Assembly: GCA_028697015.1 (NCBI GenBank)
Contig: JAQVFW010000001.1
Coordinates: forward strand, 3,603 to 67,602
From: Minisyncoccota bacterium
GTDB taxonomy: Bacteria > Patescibacteriota > Minisyncoccia > Minisyncoccales > GWA2-38-27
DNA length: 64,000 bases
Direction of reading: 5' to 3'
The notes under the pieces were generated by a model. The model was given only the letters and a program-made list of their open reading frames with translations, did not search any database and was not told the DNA's origin. Of this stretch, positions 27,505 through 37,048 are shown piece by piece. The position numbers and the translations under genes were made by a program. Positions within the stretch are counted from its first letter, which is position 1; each line of letters opens with the position of its first letter.

Positions 27505-28779
27505 ATGGAAAATAAAATTTTGCTTGTTTCTGTCAATATGGGATATGGCCATCAAAGAACGGCTTTCCCTTTGAAAAAATTTGCCTATGAGAATAGGATA
27601 ATAAATGCCAATGATTATAATGGAATGTCTAAAAAAGACAGAGCTGTCTGGGAAAACTCAAAGAAATTTTATGAATTTGTCTCAAGATTTAAAAGAGTGC
27701 CTCTTTTGGGCGGAGCAGTTTTTTCAATTTTTGATAAATTTCAGAAAATCGAAGATTTTTATCCAAAAAGAAATCTTTCTTCTCCCAATTTTATGACAAA
27801 GAAAGTTTATCGTTTGTTTAAAAAAGGATGGGGGAAGGATTTTATAAAACAGTTTGACTGTTCTCTTCCAATGGTGAGCACTTTTTTTATACCTGCTTTT
27901 ATGGCTGAATTTTTTGACTATAAAGGAGATATATTTTGTGTTGTTTGCGATGCGGACATATCAAGAAGCTGGGCTCCCTTAATTCCTCAAAAAAGCCGTA
28001 TTAAATATCTTGTTCCTAATTTGTGGACACTTAAACGCTTAAAAATGTACGGAGTCAAAGAAGAGAATATTTTTTTAACCGGTTATCCTTTGCCTCTTGA
28101 AAATATCGGAGATGAAAAAATGGAGGTATTAAAAAAAGATATCGCTTTTCGGCTTTTAAATTTAGACAAAGAAGGAGAATATAGAAAAAAGAATAATAAT
28201 TTTATATTTGAAAAAATAGAAAGTTTTCCAAAAGAAGAAAGATATAATTTAACAATTGCCTTTTCAATAGGAGGAGCCGGGGCTCAAAAAGAAATAGCGC
28301 TGAAAATGATAAAAGGAATTTCAGAAGAAATTAAAAAGAAAGAAATCAGTATTGTTATTATGGCCGGAATAAGGGAAAAGGTAAGGGATTTTTTTGCAAA
28401 AGAGCTTAATTCTTTGGGCCTTCTTTCAGAAAACGTTAAAATTGTCTATTCTGAAAAAATAGAAGAATATTTTACTAAATTTAACAAGGAAATAAGGAAA
28501 ACGGATATTCTCTGGACAAAGCCAAGCGAACTTTCTTTTTATTGCGCTCTTGGATTGCCCATTATCATTGCTCCGCCTTTGGGATCCCAGGAGGATTTCA
28601 ATAAAAAATGGCTTCTTAAAATGGGAGCCGGTATTTCTCAAGAAAACCCTCTTTATTTCAAAGAGTGGCTTTTTGATTATTTAAAAAGCGGCAGATTTGC
28701 ACAGTGCGCCATAAATGGATTTACTCTTTCGGAAAAAATGGGAACTTTAAATATTGAAAAAATATGCCGTTTGAAATAA
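27505..28779 (+). CDS. putative GT-B-fold glycosyltransferase-like protein
   Basis: N-terminal LLVSVNMGYGHQRTA, reminiscent of the G-x-GH loops of MGDG-synthase/GT28-type enzymes, and a two-lobed length. This is a weak call. Confidence 0.35.
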   Translation: MENKILLVSVNMGYGHQRTAFPLKKFAYENRIINANDYNGMSKKDRAVWENSKKFYEFVSRFKRVPLLGGAVFSIFDKFQKIEDFYPKRNLSSPNFMTKKVYRLFKKGWGKDFIKQFDCSLPMVSTFFIPAFMAEFFDYKGDIFCVVCDADISRSWAPLIPQKSRIKYLVPNLWTLKRLKMYGVKEENIFLTGYPLPLENIGDEKMEVLKKDIAFRLLNLDKEGEYRKKNNNFIFEKIESFPKEERYNLTIAFSIGGAGAQKEIALKMIKGISEEIKKKEISIVIMAGIREKVRDFFAKELNSLGLLSENVKIVYSEKIEEYFTKFNKEIRKTDILWTKPSELSFYCALGLPIIIAPPLGSQEDFNKKWLLKMGAGISQENPLYFKEWLFDYLKSGRFAQCAINGFTLSEKMGTLNIEKICRLK

Positions 28780-29702
28780 TAGAACAGTTGTCAATTATTC
28801 CTTTTTGGCTTCTAATTGCCATTCTCTCTTATTTTTTATTTGCGGTTGTTTCTTTAGGGGATAAATATCTTCTCTCAGGACTTCCCGATCCGAAAGTTTA
28901 TTCTTTTTATGCCGGCATTTTAGGTTCTTTGGTTTTTATTCTTATTCCTTTTGTTAGTTTTTCAATTCCTCAAATAAGAGAAGCTTTATTATCTCTTGCT
29001 TCTGGCGCTTTTTCAATTATTGCCCTTTATTTTCTTTTTACAGGGCTTAAAAAATTTGACGTCTCAAGAACTATTCCAGCTATAGGTGGTTTTGTCCCTA
29101 TTTTGACTTTTTTGTTTCTTTTTCTTTTTTCAGGAGGAAAAGAGTTTTTGAGCATAAAAGACACTTTTGCTTTTCTTTTTCTTATTTTTGGAAGCGTTGT
29201 TATTACCTATAATAAAAATATTAAATTTTCCTTGAATAGTTTGATTATTTCAATTTTAGCTGCGTTTTTTTTCGCTTTGCATTTTGTTTTAAGTAAATAT
29301 GTCTATTTAGAGCAATCCTTTTGGAGCGGTTTTATCATGATGCGTTTTGGCGCTCTTATAACCGCTTTTCTTTTTCTCTTTATTAAAGACGTAAGAAGGG
29401 AAGTTTTTTCAAAGAGGGTCTCTTTTGATAAAAAAACAGGGACTTTCTTTGTTTTAAATCAAGGAGGCGGGGCAGGAGCTTTTATTCTTCAGCATTTTTC
29501 TATTTTTCTTGCAGGACCTTCTTATGTTTCAGTAATTGCCGCCCTTTCAGGAATTCAATATGCTTTTCTTTTTATTCTTTCTTTTCTATTGTCAGTTAAA
29601 TTTCCATGGGTTATAAAAGAAGAAATAGGAAAAGGAATTGTTTTTATGAAAATATTTGCAATAATCCTTATTATTATCGGCTTGATAATTTTAAATGTTT
29701 AA
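28764..29702 (+). CDS. polytopic membrane protein (DMT/EamA-like)
   Basis: About 10 TM helices in two halves. Overlaps both flanking genes (16 nt and 8 nt). Confidence 0.4.
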   Translation: MPFEIIEQLSIIPFWLLIAILSYFLFAVVSLGDKYLLSGLPDPKVYSFYAGILGSLVFILIPFVSFSIPQIREALLSLASGAFSIIALYFLFTGLKKFDVSRTIPAIGGFVPILTFLFLFLFSGGKEFLSIKDTFAFLFLIFGSVVITYNKNIKFSLNSLIISILAAFFFALHFVLSKYVYLEQSFWSGFIMMRFGALITAFLFLFIKDVRREVFSKRVSFDKKTGTFFVLNQGGGAGAFILQHFSIFLAGPSYVSVIAALSGIQYAFLFILSFLLSVKFPWVIKEEIGKGIVFMKIFAIILIIIGLIILNV

Positions 29703-30675
29703 AAAAATGCTTCTTTTAGTAATAATTATTTTTCTTGTCATTTTTGCTTTTTTCTTTCTCGGATTTCCAAAAGAAAAAGAAGACCTTTTCTTTGGAGTTA
29801 ATTTCTCTCCTAAACATGCCAGAGATATGGGGCTTGATGTTAAAGAGACATATCTTGCCATTCTTAATGATTTAAAAGCAAATAACATTAAAATAGCTGT
29901 TCATTGGGACGATATTGAAATTGAAGACAAAGAGTATGATTTTAGAGAGCTTGATTTTATGGTTGAAGAAGCAGAGAAAAAGGAAGCAAATATTGTTCTT
30001 GTCTTGGGGATGAAAACATCTAGATGGCCTGAATGCCATATCCCATATTTTGCAAAAGAAATAGAAAAAGAGAAGCAGCAGAAAAAAATACTTGAACAAA
30101 TAGAAAAAATTGTTTTAAGGTATAAAGATAAAGAGAATATTAAAGCCTTTCAAGTTGAAAATGAGCCCTTTTTTCCTTTTGGCGATTGCCCATGGACAGA
30201 TGAAGATTTTTTAAAAGAAGAAATAAATCTTGTCAGAGGGCTTTCAAATCGTCCGATTATAATATCTGAGACGGGAGAGTTTTCTTTGTGGCTTAAAGCG
30301 GCAAAACTAGGTGATATAGTTGGCGTTACAATGTACAGAAGAGTTTGGTTTAATAAATTAAAAAGGCATATTGATTATCCTTTTCCTGCTGTTTTTTACA
30401 GCAGAAAAGCTCTTCTTATAAAATGGATTTTTAACAAGGAAGTGATAGGGGTTGAACTTCAAATGGAGCCGTGGGGTTCCACTCTTTTGTACTATTCTCC
30501 TTTAGAAGAACAGGAAAAATCAATGAATATAGAGCAGTTTAAAAAGAATATAAGGTTTGCCAAGAAAGTCGGTTTTAAGGAAAACTATCTCTGGGGGGTT
30601 GAGTGGTGGTTTTGGATGAAAAAAGAACATAATGATTCTTCCTTTTTAAACGAGGCAAAAAAACTTTGGAAATGA
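29695..30675 (+). CDS. membrane-anchored glycoside hydrolase, clan A (GH5-like) TIM barrel
   Basis: N-terminal TM. QVENEPFF (acid/base NEP motif) and IISETGEF (candidate nucleophile Glu). Confidence 0.5.
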   Translation: MFKKMLLLVIIIFLVIFAFFFLGFPKEKEDLFFGVNFSPKHARDMGLDVKETYLAILNDLKANNIKIAVHWDDIEIEDKEYDFRELDFMVEEAEKKEANIVLVLGMKTSRWPECHIPYFAKEIEKEKQQKKILEQIEKIVLRYKDKENIKAFQVENEPFFPFGDCPWTDEDFLKEEINLVRGLSNRPIIISETGEFSLWLKAAKLGDIVGVTMYRRVWFNKLKRHIDYPFPAVFYSRKALLIKWIFNKEVIGVELQMEPWGSTLLYYSPLEEQEKSMNIEQFKKNIRFAKKVGFKENYLWGVEWWFWMKKEHNDSSFLNEAKKLWK

Positions 30676-31382
30676 TTTCAATAATAATACCAACCCTAAA
30701 CGAAGAAAAGCATCTTCCCTTACTGCTTGATTCAATAGAAAATCAAGGACTTCATAATTATGAAATTATTGTTTCCGATGCTGGATCTTCTGATAGAACT
30801 TTAGAAATTGCAAAAAAACGCAATTGCAAGATTGTAAAAGGAGGTCTTCCTGGAAAGGGAAGAAACGAAGGGGCAAAAAAAGCAAGAGGAAATTTATTCT
30901 TTTTTCTTGATGCGGATGTTTTCTTGAAAGAAGGCTTTATTTTGAAGGCCCTTGAAGAATTTGATAAAAGAAATCTTGATATCGCTTCTTTTAAAATTAT
31001 TCCGGAGAAAGGATTTTTCTCTGTTTTTCTTTTCAACCTTTTTTATAACTATCCTATGATTATTTTGGAAAAGATACTTCCTCACAGCGCAATGGGAATT
31101 ATTGTAAAAAAAGAAGTTTTTTCAAAGATAGGAGGATTCAATGAAGATGTCCTTTTGGGGGAGGATCATGATTTTGGCAGAAGAGCGGCGAAGATTTCAA
31201 AATATGGGATTATAAAGTCATCTGTATTAATTACTTCCCTTAGGCGGCTTGAAAAAGACGGCTGGGTTAAGACGTCTTTACGTTACTTTTTTTGCGAACT
31301 CCATATGATTTTTATAGGACCTGTAAAAAAGGATATTTTCAAATACAGATTTAACCACTATTTTGAAGAAAAAGAAAAATAA
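30666..31382 (+). CDS. family 2 glycosyltransferase
   Basis: ISIIIPTLNEE, SDAGSSD, FLDADV (DxD) and GEDHDF motifs. Confidence 0.85.
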   Translation: MEMISIIIPTLNEEKHLPLLLDSIENQGLHNYEIIVSDAGSSDRTLEIAKKRNCKIVKGGLPGKGRNEGAKKARGNLFFFLDADVFLKEGFILKALEEFDKRNLDIASFKIIPEKGFFSVFLFNLFYNYPMIILEKILPHSAMGIIVKKEVFSKIGGFNEDVLLGEDHDFGRRAAKISKYGIIKSSVLITSLRRLEKDGWVKTSLRYFFCELHMIFIGPVKKDIFKYRFNHYFEEKEK

Positions 31383-31388
31383 GCTATA

Positions 31389-32675
31389 ATGCAGGCAATG
31401 GAAGAAGAAATAAAAAAAGATTCAAGCTTGAATATTGAAAAAAGAAAAAAAAGCCCATTTTTAATGGTTTCTTTTTCTGTTTTTCTTTCCGTTTTATTTG
31501 GTTTTTTCGGGGGAATGATTTCAGGATTATACTTTTATTCTCAGATTGCCGATTATTTAAAATTAGAAAGAGTTAATTTTCCTTCCATAATTGAACAAAA
31601 AACGACTGAAGAAGAAGAGGAGGAAAACTTGAGCCAAGAAGAAGCTATAATAAGAGTGGTTAAGGATTCTTCTCCGAGCGTTGTAAGCATTGTAGTTACA
31701 AAAGACGTTCCGATTATAGAAGGATATTCTGTAGGCCCTTTTGGGATTGAATTTGAACAGTCCAATGGAACCGAAAGAAGAGAAATAGGGGGAGGAACAG
31801 GATTTATTGTTTCAAACGATGGCTTTATAGTGACAAACAAACATGTTGTCTCAGACACAGATGCAAACTACACAGTTTTTACTCTTGACGGGAAGAAGTT
31901 TGAAGCAATGGTGCTTGACAGGGATCCGCTTCAGGACCTTGCTGTTTTGAAAATTAAGCAAGAAGAAATTGTAACGGCGGAAAAAAGCGAATTGATGCCT
32001 TTTCCTGCTATAAAAATTGGAGATTCAAAAGACCTCCAAATAGGCCAAACTGTTGTTGCAATAGGGAATGCTCTTGGAGAATTCAGAAATACTGTTTCTG
32101 TCGGAGTTATATCGGGACTAGGGAGAACGGTTTCGGCTTCTGGAGGAGGAACAATTGAAGTTTTAGAAGATGTTATTCAAACGGATGCCGCTATTAACAG
32201 AGGAAATTCCGGAGGGCCTTTGCTTAATTTAAAAGGAGAAGTAATCGGGATAAATACGGCAATGGCCCTTGGAGCTCAAAGTATTGGTTTTGCCATTCCT
32301 ATAAACGGAGCCAAAAAAGCAATAGAGCAAGTTAGAACTCTTGGAAAAATAGTTTACCCTTTTTTGGGAGTTAGATATGTAATTCTTAATGAAGATATAC
32401 AGGAGGAAAACAATTTTGACGTTAATTATGGAGCGCTTGTTTTAAGAGGAAGCAAAGGAGAGGCGGCTGTTTTCCCGAATTCTCCGGCGCAAAAATCAGG
32501 GATTTTGGAAAATGATATAATACTTGAATTTAACAACGAGAAAATAACGACAAATAATTCTTTGGCTAAAATTATTCTAAAATACAATCCTGGAGAAAGC
32601 ATTCTCTTGAAGGTTTTAAGAAATGGCGAAACAATAGATGTTAGCGTTGTCCTTGAAGAGAGAGGCGATATATAA
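31389..32675 (+). CDS. htrA: HtrA/DegP-family serine protease with PDZ domain
   Basis: TM anchor. Catalytic triad contexts TNKHVV, DLAVLKI and GNSGGPL. C-terminal PDZ domain. Confidence 0.9.
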   Translation: MQAMEEEIKKDSSLNIEKRKKSPFLMVSFSVFLSVLFGFFGGMISGLYFYSQIADYLKLERVNFPSIIEQKTTEEEEEENLSQEEAIIRVVKDSSPSVVSIVVTKDVPIIEGYSVGPFGIEFEQSNGTERREIGGGTGFIVSNDGFIVTNKHVVSDTDANYTVFTLDGKKFEAMVLDRDPLQDLAVLKIKQEEIVTAEKSELMPFPAIKIGDSKDLQIGQTVVAIGNALGEFRNTVSVGVISGLGRTVSASGGGTIEVLEDVIQTDAAINRGNSGGPLLNLKGEVIGINTAMALGAQSIGFAIPINGAKKAIEQVRTLGKIVYPFLGVRYVILNEDIQEENNFDVNYGALVLRGSKGEAAVFPNSPAQKSGILENDIILEFNNEKITTNNSLAKIILKYNPGESILLKVLRNGETIDVSVVLEERGDI

Positions 32676-32754
32676 GAAATAAAAAATAAATGATGCATTT
32701 ATTGCCTATTCATAGGTAATTGATTTTTTGCAAAAAATATGGTAAAAAAATAAT

Positions 32755-35460
32755 ATGAACGGAGCAAATTTTACACATAAAACACAAGAAGCAATATTGG
32801 GGGCCCAATCAATAGCTCAAGAAAGGGGCCAGCAGCAAGTTGACGCTCTTCATCTTTTAATATCCCTTATTAACCAAGACGGGAGCGTTGTTATTGGCTT
32901 ATTAAGAAAGCTTGGAGTTGATATTGAAGGATTAAATAAGAAGGCAAAAGCGGCACTTAGCCAGATTCCTCCTATTTCTACTCCCCAGGCCTTTGGCCAG
33001 CTTTATTTGACCCAAGATATGGCAAAAACCCTTGAACGGGCTCGTCAAGAATCGATAAAAATGGGAGACGAATTTATTTCTGTTGAACATTTGTTTTTGG
33101 CTTTGCTTGATTCTCAGACAAAAGCGAGAGAAATCTTAGATAAAGCGTCTTTTTTAAAATCTGAAGGAGGGGGTTCTGGAACTCTTGAAATAGGAAAACT
33201 GGATTACGATTCTGCCATAAAGGTTCTATCTGAAATTAGAGGCGGAACGAGAATTACTGATCCGGAGCCGGAAGGGAAATATCAAGTTATTGAAAAATAC
33301 ACAAAAAATCTTACTTCTGCGGCAAAAAAAGGAAAACTTGATCCGGTGATTGGAAGAGAAAATGAGATAAGACGACTGATGCAAGTTTTATCAAGAAGAA
33401 CTAAAAATAATCCTGTTTTGATAGGAGAAGCAGGAGTCGGAAAAACAGCAATAGTCGAAGGTCTTGCTCAGAAAGTTGTAAAAGGAGATGTTCCGGAAAG
33501 TTTGAAAGATAAGGAAGTAATTTCTCTTGACTTAGGAGCTCTTGTTGCCGGAACAAAATACAGAGGGGAATTTGAAGAAAGAATAAAAGCGCTTTTAAGA
33601 GAGCTTTTTCGAGCTTCTGGAAAATACATTGTTTTTATAGACGAGCTTCATACTTTGGTTGGCGCCGGAGCTTCCGAAGGAGCTATTGACGCTTCGAATT
33701 TATTAAAGCCGGCATTATCACGAGGAGAACTAAGAGCAATAGGGGCAACTACAATTAAAGAATATCAAAAATACATTGAGAAAGACATGGCGCTTGAAAG
33801 AAGATTTCAGCCAATATATGTTCAAGAGCCGACAATTGAAGACGCCGTTTCGATATTAAGAGGAATAAAGGAAAAATATGAACTTCATCATGGGTTAAGA
33901 ATAAAAGATTCTGCCCTTAATGCGGCCGTAGAACTTGCTTCCCGCTATATTACCGATCGCTTTCTTCCAGATAAGGCGGTTGATCTTATGGATGAAGCGA
34001 TGTCGGCGATGCGGCTTGAAATAGAATCCGAACCGTCCCGTCTTGAAGAATTAAGAAAAGAAATACAAAAGCACGAAATAGAAAAAGAAGCATTAAAAAA
34101 AGAAAAAGACGGTAAGAAAAAAATTGTTGCCGCAGAAAGAGCCATAGCCGATTTGAAAGAAAAAGCAAAGGATTTTGAATTAAGATGGAAAACAGAGAAA
34201 GATCTTATTTGGAAAATAAAGAATCTTAAAAAAGAAATAGACGATCTTTCTTTTGAAGCAGAAATTGCTCAAAGAGAAGCGGATTTGCAAAAAGTGGCTG
34301 AAATAAAATATGGAAAAATACCGGAAAAGTTGAAAGAAACCAGAATGGCCGAGAAAAAGCTTGCAAAAATTCAACAATCAAGTCCTATTTTAAAAGAAGA
34401 AGTAGGAGAAGAAGATGTTGCTCAGGTTGTTTCAAAATGGACTGGAATTCCAGTTATGAGGCTTATCGAAGAAGAAGCGAAAAAACTGGAAAAAATGGAA
34501 AATGCCTTATTTGAAAGAGTTATTGGCCAAAAAGAAGCCATTGTCGCCATTTCAAACGCTATTCGCAGATCAAGGGCTGGAATTTCAGAAGAAAAAAAAC
34601 CGATGGGTTCTTTTATGTTTTTAGGTCCTACCGGAGTTGGAAAAACTGAAACAGCAAGAGCTCTTTCGGAGTTTCTTTTTAACGACGAAAATGCTCTCGT
34701 TCGGCTTGATATGTCAGAATATATGGAAAAGCACGCTGTCTCGAAAATTATAGGAAGTCCTCCGGGCTATGTCGGGTATGAAGAAGGGGGACAGCTTACG
34801 GAGAAAATAAGAAGGAGGCCTTATAGCGTAATACTGCTTGATGAAATAGAAAAAGCTCATCCTGAAGTTTTTAATATTCTTCTTCAAATTCTTGAAGACG
34901 GAAGGCTTACTGATGCAAAAGGGAGGACAGCTTCTTTCAAGAATTCAATTCTTATTATGACTTCCAATATAGGATCGGAATATATTACAAGAATGGGTTC
35001 TTTGGGATTTATAAACAGCAAAGAAGACAAAGAAAAAAAATCTCTGAAAGAAAAGGTTTTGGAATCTTTAAGAGATCATTTCAGGCCTGAATTTTTAAAC
35101 AGAATAGACGATATTATAATATTTAATTATCTTGGAAAAGAAGAAATCGGGAAAATTGTTGAAATTGAATTAAGAAAAGTGCTAGACCGATTAAGAGCGA
35201 AAAAAATAGAAGCTGTTGTGTCTGAAAAAGCGAAGAAATTTTTGGCAGAAAAGGGTTTTGACCCAAATTTAGGAGCAAGGCCTCTTAAGAGAGTTATCCA
35301 AAAAGAAATTCTTGATCCTTTGGCTTTGAGAATTGTTTCAGGGACAATTAAGGAAAAAGAAAAAATAATCATCGATATTGACGGAGAGAAAATTTCTTTT
35401 AATTCGGGCAAGTGGCTTTCAAAACCCCATTCTTCTTTGTTGAAAAGCGGCTCTAAATAA
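32755..35460 (+). CDS. clpB: ATP-dependent chaperone ClpB
   Basis: Clp-N repeats, two AAA+ modules ([16 protein letters not shown]) and a long coiled-coil middle domain. 901 aa. Confidence 0.97.
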   Translation: MNGANFTHKTQEAILGAQSIAQERGQQQVDALHLLISLINQDGSVVIGLLRKLGVDIEGLNKKAKAALSQIPPISTPQAFGQLYLTQDMAKTLERARQESIKMGDEFISVEHLFLALLDSQTKAREILDKASFLKSEGGGSGTLEIGKLDYDSAIKVLSEIRGGTRITDPEPEGKYQVIEKYTKNLTSAAKKGKLDPVIGRENEIRRLMQVLSRRTKNNPVLIGEAGVGKTAIVEGLAQKVVKGDVPESLKDKEVISLDLGALVAGTKYRGEFEERIKALLRELFRASGKYIVFIDELHTLVGAGASEGAIDASNLLKPALSRGELRAIGATTIKEYQKYIEKDMALERRFQPIYVQEPTIEDAVSILRGIKEKYELHHGLRIKDSALNAAVELASRYITDRFLPDKAVDLMDEAMSAMRLEIESEPSRLEELRKEIQKHEIEKEALKKEKDGKKKIVAAERAIADLKEKAKDFELRWKTEKDLIWKIKNLKKEIDDLSFEAEIAQREADLQKVAEIKYGKIPEKLKETRMAEKKLAKIQQSSPILKEEVGEEDVAQVVSKWTGIPVMRLIEEEAKKLEKMENALFERVIGQKEAIVAISNAIRRSRAGISEEKKPMGSFMFLGPTGVGKTETARALSEFLFNDENALVRLDMSEYMEKHAVSKIIGSPPGYVGYEEGGQLTEKIRRRPYSVILLDEIEKAHPEVFNILLQILEDGRLTDAKGRTASFKNSILIMTSNIGSEYITRMGSLGFINSKEDKEKKSLKEKVLESLRDHFRPEFLNRIDDIIIFNYLGKEEIGKIVEIELRKVLDRLRAKKIEAVVSEKAKKFLAEKGFDPNLGARPLKRVIQKEILDPLALRIVSGTIKEKEKIIIDIDGEKISFNSGKWLSKPHSSLLKSGSK

Positions 35461-35468
35461 AATTAATA

Positions 35469-36182
35469 ATGAAAACAGGATTTAAGATTATATTTATATT
35501 TATTTTAGGAATGGGAGGGGGTATTTTTGCAGACCAAATTTTTTGGCCTTATTTTATAGAACGCCCTCTTTTTTACCAGTATCGGCTTGAAAAATCTCCA
35601 ATTTATCTTACGGAAAAAAAAGAAATTTATATTAGGGAAAACGAACTTCTTGTTGATTCTTTCAATAAGGTCGAGAAATCAGTTATTTCCACAAAAGCGG
35701 TTTCAAAAAGCGGCGTTGTTATATCCGGTTCAGGTCTTATAATAACAAATGACGGACTTATAATTACTCTTGCTCAGCTTGTTCCTCAAGGATATGATTT
35801 CTCTTTTTTCGTAAACGGAGAAAGCAGGCCGTACCAAGTTTTAAAAAGAGACACAGACCTAAATCTTGCGCTTATCAAGCTTGAAGGAAGCGATTTTTAT
35901 TCTCTTGGGTTTAAAAATTTAGACAGATTTAAAAATGGAGAAAGAGTTTTTTTAGTTGGAAGCTTGCTCTTAAATGACTCTTTTTTTAAAACTGTAAACG
36001 AAGGCATAATAAAAAGATTCGATTCTAAATATATTTATACGAATATTTCAGAAAGCAGCGGATTGAAAGGAAGCGTGCTTTTTGATATACAAGGAGATGT
36101 AGCAGGAATAAATTTAATTGATAAAAATGGAGAGGTTTTTGCTCTGTCTTCTGATGTTATAAAAAGTTTTGCCGGTTTTTAA
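35469..36182 (+). CDS. membrane-anchored trypsin-fold (S1C-like) protein, apparently catalytically dead
   Basis: Aligns by eye to the HtrA core. GSGLIITNDGLIITLAQLV (His position is Gln), DLNLALIKL (Asp kept), GLKGSVLFD (GNSGGPL Ser position is Lys). Confidence 0.55.
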   Translation: MKTGFKIIFIFILGMGGGIFADQIFWPYFIERPLFYQYRLEKSPIYLTEKKEIYIRENELLVDSFNKVEKSVISTKAVSKSGVVISGSGLIITNDGLIITLAQLVPQGYDFSFFVNGESRPYQVLKRDTDLNLALIKLEGSDFYSLGFKNLDRFKNGERVFLVGSLLLNDSFFKTVNEGIIKRFDSKYIYTNISESSGLKGSVLFDIQGDVAGINLIDKNGEVFALSSDVIKSFAGF

Positions 36183-36196
36183 TTAGAAATAAAATA

Positions 36197-36796
36197 ATGA
36201 ATAAAAAAATTATTTACATTCTTTCTGCTATAGTTATTTTTCTTCTTTCCGTTAATATTTTTCTTTCATTTTCATTTAAGAAAAAAAACACCGATGAAAC
36301 AAAAGGAGAAAAATATGTTTCAGAAATGGAATTTATAAGCTCTGACAATTTTATTTTTGATAGTCGGGTTTTAACGGCTGAAGGAATGACAATTGAAATA
36401 CCAACAGGGTGGAATGAAGAAAAAAAAGATGAAAAGATATCTTTTTATCTTCAAAAAGAAGAAAACCAAAGCGAAGAAAGATGCGGAATAAATATCCAGA
36501 TTGGAAAAATAAAAGAAAAAAATGAAGATAAGCCCACTATTGCAGAATATATTGAAATACTGATAAACGGAGCTAAAAACGAACTTAGTGAAGAAGAAAA
36601 GGAAGGAATAAATCACAAAGTTTTTTTTATTGACGGAAAAAAAGGATTAAAGACGGTTTTTGACCTGGGAATAGTGAAATATATTGTTTTGGAAATACCA
36701 ACTGACGATAAAATTTATATTATTGAAAGCGACCTTATTTTCAGCGATGATTGCAGAAATAAATTTGAAGAAATATTAAAAAGTATTTCAATATAA
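36197..36796 (+). CDS. membrane-anchored hypothetical protein
   Basis: ORF track. Has an N-terminal TM segment. No motif recognised. Confidence 0.4.
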   Translation: MNKKIIYILSAIVIFLLSVNIFLSFSFKKKNTDETKGEKYVSEMEFISSDNFIFDSRVLTAEGMTIEIPTGWNEEKKDEKISFYLQKEENQSEERCGINIQIGKIKEKNEDKPTIAEYIEILINGAKNELSEEEKEGINHKVFFIDGKKGLKTVFDLGIVKYIVLEIPTDDKIYIIESDLIFSDDCRNKFEEILKSISI

Positions 36797-36827
36797 ACGG
36801 CGTTTTGGCTGCTATTTTTAAAAGATA

Positions 36828-36855
36828 TTGACATAATTTTAGAATTTTATATCAT
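36828..36855 (+). promoter_or_regulatory. sigma70-like promoter of a non-coding leader/sRNA
   Basis: TTGACA (36828-36833), 16-nt spacer, TATCAT (36850-36855). Confidence 0.45.
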
Positions 36856-36861
36856 TTGTAC

Positions 36862-37010
36862 TAATGGCGGAAGATTTAAAAAACAAAATATTTTTAAGCG
36901 GAACATTTAATGTTCTCCTTATTATCCTTAACTTTTCACGGTTGAGGGTTTTTGCTTTTTAAAAAAAGAAAAAAGAAATTAAAAAAGCCCTTCAACCGAA
37001 GGGCTTTTTT
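36862..37010 (+). ncRNA. candidate structured leader or small RNA with three hairpins and two U-tracts
   Basis: GAACAT-tta-ATGTTC (36901-36915). CCTTAAC-n8-GTTGAGG plus a T-tract (36926-36960). AAGCCCTTC-aacc-GAAGGGCTT plus T6 (36985-37010). CGGTTGAGGG (36939-36948) can alternatively pair with CCCTTCAACCG (36988-36998). Confidence 0.35.
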
Positions 37011-37048
37011 AGTTCCTTTTGCAGCACCTTGAAATAAGGATAGTGGTC

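Noticed and set aside
32685-32703. Inverted repeat AATAAATG-atg-CATTTATT upstream of clpB as a heat-shock operator (CIRCE/CtsR-like).
   Set aside because: It does not resemble the CIRCE or CtsR consensus. It is an AT-only 8-bp stem that is equally explained as a weak terminator for htrA.
36864-36962. 32-codon ORF (MAEDLKNKIFLSGTFNVLLIILNFSRLRVFAF) as a leader peptide for attenuation.
   Set aside because: It has no SD sequence and no run of a diagnostic amino acid. It is retained only as a remote alternative inside the leader/sRNA finding.
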